Assembly (NCBI RefSeq): GCF_036971445.1
Contig: NC_091473.1
Coordinates: 183,892,001 to 183,956,000 of the forward strand
DNA length: 64,000 nucleotides
Direction: 5' to 3'
From: Narcine bancroftii
Lineage: Eukaryota
Shown: positions 12,430 through 22,567 of the stretch, piece by piece
Layout of the letters: every line of letters starts with the position of its first letter
How positions within the stretch are numbered: the first letter of the stretch is position 1
Notes under the pieces: model-generated
Told to the model about the DNA's origin: nothing
The model's database searches: none
The model's input: the letters and a program-made list of their open reading frames with translations, nothing else
Program-made: the position numbers and the translations under genes

Positions 12430-12612
12430 TCAGTGTTCGGGCTGGCTCCAGGGTCCAGCAGACTGGGTCAGAGTCTGGAACCTGTACCACGGGAGAGCAC
12501 AGACAGTTCCACCAACAGCAGTCCAGCTGGCGGTCAGGGCGTTCAGCCTGGAGTCCACCTGGAGGCTGGAGAGCTTCAGTTCCCTCTTCACATCCTGCAG
12601 GAGGAGGTGGGT
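12430..12612 (-). CDS. KCNN4: KCNN4-like exon 8 (C-terminal coiled coil, stop)
   Basis: Acceptor ccttgcag; THLLLQDVKRELKLSSLQVDSRLNAL aligns with KCNN4 [26 protein letters not shown]; TGA at 12430-12432. Confidence 0.75.
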   Translation of the reverse strand, partial: THLLLQDVKRELKLSSLQVDSRLNALTASWTAVGGTVCALPWYRFQTLTQSAGPWSQPEH

Positions 12613-13267
12613 CTGCAAGGAGGGGGAGTGCACACAGGTGAATGGAGTGGGCTGGGTGTGGGGGCACCTCTCCACAGACCCTCCTCCCCTTCACTCTTCA
12701 AGGACCCCCACCCTTGCCCTTTTCTCCCCGCAGACCCCCACCCCCTTCCCCTTCATTCCCCACGGACCCCACCCTATCCCTTTTGCTCCTGCGGACCCCA
12801 CCCCTTTCCTCATCCCCTTCATTCTCCACAAACCCCACCCCTTAATGGTCATTCCCCAAGGAACCTACCACTCCCATGGACCCCACCTCTTCTCCTTCTC
12901 TCCCCACAGACCCCAGCCATTTCTCTTCAATCCTTGAGGATCCCACCTCTTCACTCCCATGGACCCCACCCCGTCCCTCTCACTCCCACAGATCCCACCC
13001 CATCCCCACACACATGGACTTCACCTCTTAATGGTCACTCCTCACAGACCCTACCACTTCACTCCCCATGGACCCCACCCCTTCCCCTTCACTCCCACGG
13101 ACTCCACTCCTCTCCATTCACTCCCCACAGACCCCAGCCCTTCCCCTTCTCTCCCCCAGACCCCTGCCCTTCCCCCTTCTCTCCCCACGGACTCCACTCC
13201 TCTCCATTCACTCCCCACGGACCCCACCCCAACCTCCAGAGGAAATTCCCAAAGGAACTCCGTATAC

Positions 13268-13337
13268 CTTGGTGGATCTCATTGCGGCATTGACGTGATC
13301 CTGGTGTCTTCGTTGCTGCAGTTTAGCATTCCGGAAC
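13268..13337 (-). CDS. KCNN4: KCNN4-like exon 7
   Basis: FRNAKLQQRRHQDHVNAAMRSTK vs human [23 protein letters not shown]; 70 nt, phase 2 to 0. Confidence 0.85.
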
Positions 13338-14785
13338 CTGGGGAGATTGGATACTGAGACAACAGGAGACCAGCAGGAATACACTGCATTTACTGGATAA
13401 TGTAGTTCCCAATCTCCTGAACATCCCTCACAGGCCCAAAGAAGTGGGACAGCATAACATTGTGGGCCAAAGAGCCTGTAATGCTCTATGATAGGAAACC
13501 TTCTCGCAGTATCTAACATATTTACTTGTGTGATCGTTGATACCATGTAATAGTTGATGCCCACTTTAGGCCCGAAAATCGGGTGTTTATGGTTAACCCA
13601 TTGTAAACATCGACCCCCCCCCCCCCCCCCCCACCTCTATTTTTGGCCCATCTGAGGTCCCAATGCCTTGTCAGCAGATCTTCACTTGGCTGCCCGCCCA
13701 CAGGACTCCGGCTCCCAATGCCCCCAGCTGCCCTCCCGTCTGAGATCCCGATGCCCCAGCTGCCCTCTCGTCTGAGATCCCGATGCCCCCAGCCACCCTC
13801 CCGTCCGAGATCCCGACGCCCCTGGCCTTTTTGGCTGGAAAAATTGGTCCAAAAAAATGTGACGCTTACATGAGTCTATACGATGTAAATGGGGAGGGGC
13901 AGGGGAAGGGGGGTGAGTCCATGGCACAGCAGGATTCCACAAGGAACAAACAACATCCACCCATGACAAGAAACCAAAAATTATTACAGCACAGAAAACA
14001 CGCCTTTCTAGTCTGTGGCCATTACCACTGACCTACACACACCTATGCCATATCTCTCTCCATACCTCTCCCATCCATGGAATGGTCTTAAATCTTAAAA
14101 TTGAGCCCCCATTCACCACTTCAGCTGGTAGCTCGTTCCACACACCCCTCCTCCCCCCCCCCACCACTCTTGTTTGAAGAAGTTCCCCTTAACTTTTCCC
14201 CTTTCAACCTTAACCCATGTCCTCCTGGTTTGCATCTCACCTCCTCCCTCAGTGGGAAAAGCTGACCTACATTTACTCTGTCTCTCCCCCTCATCATTTA
14301 AATGTCAAATCTCCCCTCGAGGGAATAAAGTCCAAACCTATTTAACCTTTCCCTGCAACTCAGTTCCTGAAGTCAGGGCAACATCCCAGTAAATTCTGCC
14401 CTCTTTCTATCTTACTGAGATCTTTTCCTGTAGTTCAGTGACCTCACCCATGTCTTGTACAACTTCGCCATAACATCCCAACTCCTGTACTTCGATTTAG
14501 CTTGCAGAGGGATCTAGACCAGCTGTAAAAATGGTCTTTAAAACGGCCAATGGAATTTATGCAGACAAGTGTGAGGTGTTGCATTTTGGAAGGACAAACA
14601 AGAAAGGACATACCACAGTCAATGGTCGGGGCATTGAGGAGTGCGGTAGAGCAGAGGATCTAGGAATTCAGATACAGAATTAAAGTGGCATCGCAGGTGG
14701 ACAGGGTTGTAAAGAGAGCTTTTGGCACATTGGCCGTTATAAATCAGAGTATTGAGCACAGGAGTTTGGATGTTGTGGTGCTGAC

Positions 14786-14904
14786 CTGTGGACAGCAGAT
14801 GCCAGGTCCATCTGCCGCTGCTGGCACAAGTGGGATGGCGCTGAGGGTCCACGTTTGTGATGGAGCCAGGCTGTGCCGATGAGGTCTGCAGCAGCTTGTG
14901 TTAC
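14786..14904 (-). CDS. KCNN4: KCNN4-like exon 6 (calmodulin-binding region)
   Basis: VTQAAADLIGTAWLHHKR...LASAVHR; 119 nt, phase 0 to 2; AA..L..AW motif. Confidence 0.85.
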
Positions 14905-15209
14905 CTGTGGCGGGGTGGGAGGAAAGGGGTGGTCAGTCTGTGGTGACGGCATAGTGGGGAGGAAGTGCTCACCGATCCCCAAACCCTTCACCGATCCCCA
15001 ACCCCTCACTGATTCCCCAAACCCTTCACCGATTCCAAACCCCTCACCAATCCCCAAACCCTTCACCAGTCCCCAAACCACTCACTGATCTCCAATCCCA
15101 TCACTGAACCCCAAACCCCTCCAAATCTTAACCTCCAAATCAACACCAGTCTCCTTGGTGTTGATGAGTGCTGTTCAGGGGGAGTCTCCCCAGGGTGACT
15201 GGTGCTCAC

Positions 15210-15320
15210 CTCCTGACGTATCCACGCCTCCTGCATCAGGTTGTGGACGAGCTCCTGGTCTGGGCGAAGCTGCAGGGTCCGGGAGACAAGAGTGATGGAC
15301 AACACCAGGCAGCTGAGACC
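15210..15320 (-). CDS. KCNN4: KCNN4-like exon 5 (end of S6, start of CaM-binding region)
   Basis: GLSCLVLSITLVSRTLQLRPDQELVHNLMQEAWIRQE; 111 nt; VHN.M motif; canonical splice sites. Confidence 0.88.
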
Positions 15321-15666
15321 CTGCAGGGGCAGCACATTAGGGTTAGGGGTCAGTTCCCCCACACTGAGACCTATCACCACCCCCCTCAGCCCTCCCCACC
15401 AGGTTCCCACTCCCAGGACCCATCACCACCCCTCTCCCCTCACCCCTAGGATGCCTTACCACCCTAATCACCCCTCCTACAGGATCTCTCAGCCCCTCCC
15501 CCTCAACCCTGGGACCCCTCACCACCAACACTCACCCTTTCACCCCAAACCCTTCCCTCCTCACCGCCCCTCATTTTCACTTTCTCTCCCCTTCCCCTGT
15601 GCCCACCCCTTCCTCACTGCTCCACCCAAATCTCTGCTCCTCCCGCAGTGAGATGGGTGTTGTTAC

Positions 15667-15799
15667 CATGACACCGGTGAACAGACAGATGAATTTCCCA
15701 CAGTGGGTGATGGGGTAGAGGTCTCCATATCCGATGGTCAGAAACGTGATGGGGATCAGCCATATGGACTCCAGCATTGTGAGTCTGTGATTCCCGGAC
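15667..15799 (-). CDS. KCNN4: KCNN4-like exon 4 (pore helix, GYG filter, S6)
   Basis: [17 protein letters not shown]...[11 protein letters not shown], near-identical to KCNN4 [17 protein letters not shown]; 133 nt. Confidence 0.95.
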
Positions 15800-16105
15800 C
15801 TGGGTGGAGGTGGGGGGGGGGGGGGGGGAGAAGGTTCACACAGGGATGAGGGGAGAGATTGAGAGGGATGGGAGGGAAGGTGTGGAGAGGGGGAGTTGGG
15901 AGGGAGTGGTGCGAGTGGAGAGTGACAGCACATTAGTCTCCCTGAGGGAGCCTCAACTATATTGTGGGGGGGAACAGGGGAGTGAGAGGGGAGGGGGCAG
16001 AGAGAGAGAGAGGGAGAGAAAGGAGGAGAGAAGGGGAGAAAGAGGGGGAGGGGAGAGAGATCAGCACAACATTGAGGGCTGTGCTGCGTTGTTCTATGTT
16101 CACCA

Positions 16106-17082
16106 CTGACAGAGTATATAGATATGTTTTTGGGAGAGAAATCGGGAAAGGTTTGTTAGAGTAGGTGACAAACAAACACTTTAAAACAGATCTTATTTGA
16201 AATATTGGAGTTCTGTCCCATGCTAGACAAATCGGCTCCACAGCTTATGCAAGAGCTTTGAAGAGTGCGCAAGAAACTTCACTAATGGATTGTTGTTTAC
16301 AAAAGGCAACAGATGAAAGATCTTGCTGGTCCCTCCGATTGGAAGAGAACTTGTTGTTCTAAGAGGGTCATGTGATTTTGCAAGCAGAGAGAGTCAAACG
16401 GGCTTTCTCTCAGAGAGAAAGAGACACACACACAGAGATCACTTCAACAGTGTTACAGCCAGCAGTAGCAGATGGAACTGGAACAGGACAAGCTGGCAAG
16501 CTTGTGGAAAACCCCATTTGGAAGATAGGTTGTGAGTGCTTGGTTCAGCCTGGTCCAAGCCATTGTGGTTCATGCAAGAGGAGAGGACTGTCTGTCTAAT
16601 GTTTCACTTGGAATAAAAGAAACAAGAAGGAACTCTGTGGTGACCTGAAAAACAGAGGTTATCATCTGGAGAGCTCTGACGGGGCAAGTTTCTTTGGCAA
16701 GACACTGAAGTGGCTGATGAAAGTAAATGTACAACAAATCTCTCTCTGAAAACCAACAAGAACCTTCCTGAGTGGTAACCATTCGCCTTTCAAGCACCAA
16801 AGCCTGGTGAACTTTATAAATGTTAAATTCTGTGCACAGTATAAGAATTGCCTGCAACCAGTGAACTTGAGGGAATGAGAAGTGAAATTGGATTGTGAAC
16901 TTACATACATGTGCACTTAGAATTAGAAGGGGGTTAAGTTAGGTTAGTTAAGTCAATAGAGATAAGTTAAAGTTTGATTCTATTTTCATGTTTAAAGATA
17001 ATAGCAACTTTTGTTTAAGTAACCATTTGTCTTGGTGAATATCTATTGCTGCTGGGTTTTGGGGTCCCCTGGGCTTGTAACA
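16106..17082 (+). mobile_element. Solo LTR family A, copy 2 (KCNN4 intron 3)
   Basis: Homologous to 5703-6718; ends gggcttgtaaca; TSD unclear. Confidence 0.8.
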
Positions 17083-17341
17083 GCCACCTACTCCCCTCCT
17101 TCACATCTCCCACCTCTTCCCCTATGCTCCCACCCATGCCCCCTTCCTTCCCCCACCTTCCACTATCCTCCTCCTCTCACCTCCACCTTCCCCACCAACA
17201 CCCACCCCAGCCCCTTCCCCATCTCCATCTTCTCTTCCCCCTCTGTCCCTTTCCCCCCACCCCAGTCTTCCCATCCCCTTCTCTCTGCCCTTTTCCTTCC
17301 CACCATCCCTTCCCCCTTCCCCTCCGCACTCCCCCACTCAC

Positions 17342-17727
17342 CTTTCGCACACACTCACTGTCCAGGCAGCCAGCAGCCAGAAGCAGACAATGAAACTGAG
17401 GAGGCCGATTCCGGCTGAACCTGTCGCCAAGGCCCTTAGCACGAGGGAGGGGCTCAGGCACCGATGGCCCAGAGGCCCCAGGGCCTGGCCTGCTGGCCCC
17501 AGCACCTGGCTACCGACGTACATGGCCCTTGGCACCCAGTACAGCCGCAGGAACATGGGGGTAGACAGGAGGATCTCAGCGGTGGAGAAGAGGCCATCTC
17601 TCCCCAGGCAGCTGGTGAAGGGTAACGGGTGCAGGAGGCAGAGCAGAAACTCAAGGGCGAGGCAGACAACCCAGCATGGGCTCAGAGCCTCACGCCAGCT
17701 CGTCAGCCCCTTGTCCGTCATCTGGAG
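17342..17727 (-). CDS. KCNN4: KCNN4-like exon 3 (S3-S5)
   Basis: LQMTDKGLTSWREAL...LEFLLCLLHP...PMFLRLYWVPRA...WLLAAWTVSVCER; 386 nt, phase 0 to 2. Confidence 0.93.
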
Positions 17728-18776
17728 CTGCAGGTGGTGGGGAGAGAGGAGAAGGGGGAGAGGATGGGGAAGAGAAGAAAAATAGGGGGAGGAGAGGAAA
17801 GGGGAGAGAGGAGAAGGGGAGAGGAAAAAGAGGGACGAGAAAGGGGGAGGGGGTGGGAGAGAGGAGAAGGGGAGAGGAAAAAGGAGGAGGAGAAAGGGAG
17901 AAAGGTAGAGGGAGAGGAGGAAGAGGGTGGGAGAGAGGAGAAGGGGAGAGGAAAAAGAGGGGGAGGAGAAAGGGAGAGAGGGAGAGGAGGAAGAGGGGGA
18001 GATAAAGATGGGGAGGGAAGGTGGGGAGGGAAGGTGGGGAGAAGCAGGGAGGAGAGATGGAGGGGAAGAGGGAGTGGGAGAGGGTGAGGGAGGAAAAAGG
18101 GGAGAGAGATTGAGGGAGTGGGGTTAGAGAAAGGGGAGGAGGAGAGAGGGGGAGGGGAGAGAGGTAGACGGATTAGAGAGGGAGAGTGAGGGGGAGGGGA
18201 AAAGAGGGGGAGAGTGAGGGGAGGGGAAAAGAGGGGGAGGGAAGGAGGTGAAAGGAGTGGAGGGAGGGGAGAGAGAAGGGGTTATAGAGGGGGTGGGAGA
18301 GTGGGGGTGAGGTGAGAGAGAGGAGAGGTGGTAGAGAGGGGGGGTTAAACAGGAGGTAAGGAATACCTCAGCTCCTACTGCTGCATCCTTTCACACCCAA
18401 ACCATCCTCCTGGCTGCCCCCTCCCTTCTCATCTGATGCTCACCCTTCCCTGCCCCTCCAACCTCCCCATGCCCTCCCTCCTCATTGTCCTTCCCTCCCT
18501 CCTCTACTCGATTGGGTGGGATTTCTGATCAATCTCTGGGTTTACCTCAGTGACTCCTCTCAATCCAGTCTAACTACAATCTTCTGCAGAGGGACTTTAT
18601 TTAACTCAGGAGGGGTTCTGCGGATATCAGAAGTCTGCCACATTTCAGAGATAGACCAGATTACTTCATTGAACACTCAATGTAATCACACCAATCATTT
18701 TAGATAACCCGCTGCTCCCGTTCGTGACTCCGGATGCTCTCAATGTGGAACTAACGACTCAGAAAATTCTCCCTAT

Positions 18777-20448
18777 TGTCACATTTGTGGCCCGAAATGT
18801 GAAGTTAATGAAACATTAAACACAAGTTTTATCAGGTAAACTTCTCAGTGGCTTTTTATTTTCCCGTTTCCTTTGTTCTCCTGCTTGTGTTCTTATCTCT
18901 CTCTCTCATACCATGTGACTTCCGGAACATCTCATACATATTCATTATCATGACATCCCTCCTTTAATCAGAAATAAACTTTACCTTCACTTACCAATAT
19001 CCCTCGGAAACCTACAAACATCGTAACTAATGGTAATACTATAACTCAACTACATAAAATTTACTTCCTACAGCACTCATACATGCACTTTATGATATAA
19101 GATTAAATACTGTCCCAAAGTTCTTATTAAAACTATGGCACAAAGTCTTCGTATCGTTTGGGCACTTTCCGGTTTTGTTTCGGCCTGCCTGCGATATTGT
19201 CGTCGCTTCTTGATTGTTCACTCTCGGTGTCGGAAATACTGCTCGCAACGGTTTCGGGTGTTTCTGGCGCTCTAGTCACTTCATCAGGAGTGCTGGTAAC
19301 TGCCTCTGGAACATCATCAGGTCTCTCAGTTTCAGCATCTCGTATTGGCCTTTCAACCTCATCGCTCGATGTACCTCTGGACTGGTATCTTTTTACACCT
19401 GATACATTTCTCTTATACAGGACTCCAGTCGGAGACTTGACTGTCACCATACTGCCACTTCTGGATACGACAGTATAGGGTTGATGGTAATAAGGTGTGT
19501 CTAGCTTACCACCAGTTTCATGCCTCACTAGAACATTATCTCCTGGCATGATGTCTGAGTACTTGGCTCCACGTTTCGAATCTGTGTACAGCTTTGCTGC
19601 ACCTTTCTTTTCTGCATCGTGGTCCCTCATCTCCTGGTCATCTCGGATTTCCTTTATTTCTGGCATTTTTGTGCGGATTTTTCTCCCAAAAAATGCTTCT
19701 GCAGGACTTTTTCCAGTGGTTGCATGAGGCGTTGCTCGATAGACAGCCACATAATATAGCAATGCTTCTCGCCAATTTTGTCCTTCAGCGTGTGCAATCC
19801 TCAATCGTTTTTCAATGGACTGATTTTGTCTCTCTACTTCTCCGCTGGCTTGCGGCCATTTCGGAGTTACTTTATGATGGTGGATACCTGTGGTCCTCAT
19901 GTATTCCGCAAATGTCTCTGAAATGAATTGTGGACCATTGTCAGAGTATAATGTAACAGGTAATCCATATCTTGCGAATATCTCTGCTAATGCTTGTATT
20001 GTTTTTTCAGTGGTTGTGGACTTCAACACCACGTACTCATAGTATCTGCTGTGGTAATCTATCACTACCATAATTGATTCACCCGTCGGTAAAGGTCCAA
20101 GAAAATCAACAGCTACGTCGATCCATGGTCCTGTCGGGAGTTGCGTACTCCGGCTCAGTTCTGGCGGATTACTCCTACTTGTGATTTGACATCCGTGACA
20201 AGTTTTAACAAATTTCTCTGCGTCTTTATCACAACTTGGCCACCATACCTTGGTCCTGAGGTTTTGCTTGGTACCAACAATACCTAGGTGTCCTTCATGC
20301 GCTAAGGATATGATCTGCTGGCATAGACAATGATTCTTGGTCCTCCATCATGCATCTGGAGGGGGTGGGAGAGTGGGGGTACTCACCCCGCCCTGGTACT
20401 TGTGTTTAATGTTTCATTAACTTCACATTTCAGGCCACAAATGTGACA
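18777..20448 (-). mobile_element. Gypsy-derived integrase cassette: one ~178-bp LTR plus PPT, and an inverted 51-bp LTR end at the other side
   Basis: Open frame ~20340 to 19133 with HHCC zinc domain and D-D-E (VDFLGP, SDNGPQF, GEVER); PPT aaaggaggga at 18955-18964; 51-bp inverted termini; TSD CCTAT. Confidence 0.88.
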
Positions 20449-20586
20449 CCTATCTCTGGGTCAGACCACACCGGGAGCACCGTGTACAGTTACCGGTCTC
20501 TGTATCCCTGGGTCAGACCACACTGGGAGCACCGTGTACAGTTCCCGGTCTCTGTATCCCTGGGTCAGACCACACCGGGAGCACCA
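20449..20586. repeat. 52-bp tandem repeat (~2.6 copies)
   Basis: ctgggtcagaccacac recurs at 20456, 20508 and 20560. Confidence 0.9.
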
Positions 20587-20732
20587 TGCAAATTAGTGGG
20601 GAGGTGAGGGTTAGACTGTGAGCTGAAATGAAGAGGATGGGCTGAACAGCCTTGGTGCGTGTCAGAAGCAGAAGCCATGGAGGGGAGGGGAGGGGAAGTG
20701 GGGGGTGTTGCGGAAGGCATGGTGAAGTGTAC

Positions 20733-20822
20733 CTGCAGCGACACCCTGTGGTAGGCCAGGGTAATTGCGAGGAGAAGCATCGTTGACGCTGAGTTGCAGA
20801 TTCTCGTGGTCTCAATGATGTA
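20733..20822 (-). CDS. KCNN4: KCNN4-like exon 2 (S2)
   Basis: YIIETTRICNSASTMLLLAITLAYHRVSLQ vs human ...[23 protein letters not shown]; 90 nt, phase 0/0. Confidence 0.88.
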
Positions 20823-21389
20823 CTGAAAGGCGAACTTGGAGAGATCAATCCTGGAAGCCCCTCCCCCCTCATCTCCTCCCCTCCCCGCCGTCCCCTCCCA
20901 CCTCATCTCCTCCCTACTCCTCACCGTCCCTTCCCTCTCCATCTCCTCCCCACCCCTCACCACACTTTCTCTCCTCACCGCCCCCCTTCCTATTAAGGCA
21001 CCCCCCTCTTCTCTGTCCCTCCCTCTTCTCTGTCTCTCCCTCCTCACCGCCCCTTCACTCACCAACCCCTCCCACCCTCTGACAGCTCTTCCCACACCCC
21101 CAGGGCCCTCTAAGTAGAAATGTTACCCCCCCCTTCACCTTATCCCCTCCAGGTTTAGTCTCTCTAACGCCAGGGGTAAAAGACTGTGACAGTCCACCTT
21201 CTCCATACACCTCCTGCTTTTATAAACCTCTCAAGGTCCCCCCTCAGCCTTTCAGTCCAGGAAGCACTCCCACCCCTTTCAGGCCTCTCCTTATAACTCG
21301 AGCCCTCCCCAGTCTTGGGAACATCCCAGTGAATCTCTCCTGCACCCCTTGCCGGCTCACTGATATCCTTCCTGTAGCTGGGTGACTTG

Positions 21390-22195
21390 AACACACAGTC
21401 CATCTCCCCATACACCGTCCCATCTCTCCATACACCGTCCCATCTCTCCATACACCATCCCATCTCCCCGTACAGGGTCCCATCGCCCCGTTCAACATCC
21501 CATTTCCCCGTACACCATCCCATCTCTCTGTACACCGACCCATCTCCCCATCTACTGTCCAATTTCCCCATACACTGTCCCATCTCCCCATTTACATGTA
21601 CACTGTCCCATCTCCCCGTACACCGTCCCATCTCCCCATCAGTTGTCCCATCTCCCCGTACACCGCCCCATCTCCCTGTACACAGTCCCATCTCCCCATC
21701 TACCTGTACACCGTCCCATCTCCCCACCTACTGTCCAATTTCCCCATACACTGTCCCATTTCCCTGTATACTGTCCCAGCTCCCCATCTACCTGTACACT
21801 GTCCCATCTCCCGGAGTACCATTCCATCTCCCTGTCTACCATCCCATCTCCCCGTCTACCGTCCCATCTACCCATCTGTTGTCCCATCTCCCCGAGCACC
21901 ATTCCATCTCCCCATCTACTGTCCCATCTCCCTGTACACCATCCCATCTCCCTGTACACCATCCCATTTCCCCATCTACTGTCCCATTTCCTCATACACC
22001 ATCCCATCTCCCTATACACCATCACATCTCTCCGTACACCATCTCATCTCCCCATATACCATCCTATCTCCCCGTACACTGTCTCATCTTCCCAATACAA
22101 TATCCCATTCCCTATACACAGTTCCATCTCCCCGTACACCTTCCAATCTCCCCGTATGCCGTACCATTGTCCTGTACACCCAAGTATACCGTCCC
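21390..22195. repeat. Degenerate ~20-23-bp minisatellite (tacaccgtcccatctcccc) in KCNN4 intron 1
   Basis: Direct tandem units. Confidence 0.9.
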
Positions 22196-22306
22196 CGCAT
22201 CAAATGTGGCAAGGTTGAAGTGAATACGGACCTTTGCAAACTTCAATCTGCTCCCTCCTCCGGGGAACCTCACCCCGCCCTGGTACAGCAAGAGGCAGGT
22301 ACTCAC

Positions 22307-22567
22307 AATGGAGGACTGAGCCCAGATCAACTCAGTACTGGCGATCATCAGCCCGATCCCCACGCAGGACGTCAGCAGACCTGTATAGCACAGTCGCCTC
22401 ATCGTCCTCACCAGGTGCCGTCTGCGCTGTAGCCTGTGGGACCTCTGGTCCACGACCCTGGCAGGGTTTCGCTCAGGGGGTTGGTCCCTCTTCTCACCCG
22501 ACGGGTTGTGGGCTGGAACTGTGTGCCCTCCAATGGGAGAGGGACGCAGCTCCAATTCAATCATCAT
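22307..22567 (-). CDS. KCNN4: KCNN4-like exon 1 (N-terminus, S1)
   Basis: ATG at 22567; RLQRRRHL...VGIGLMIASTELIW vs human LRRRKRL...TGIGLMVLHAEMLW; donor gtgagt, phase 0. Confidence 0.88.

Noticed and set aside
20449-20586. CRISPR-like repeat
   Set aside because: Contiguous tandem units with no unique spacers, in eukaryotic DNA without cas genes.
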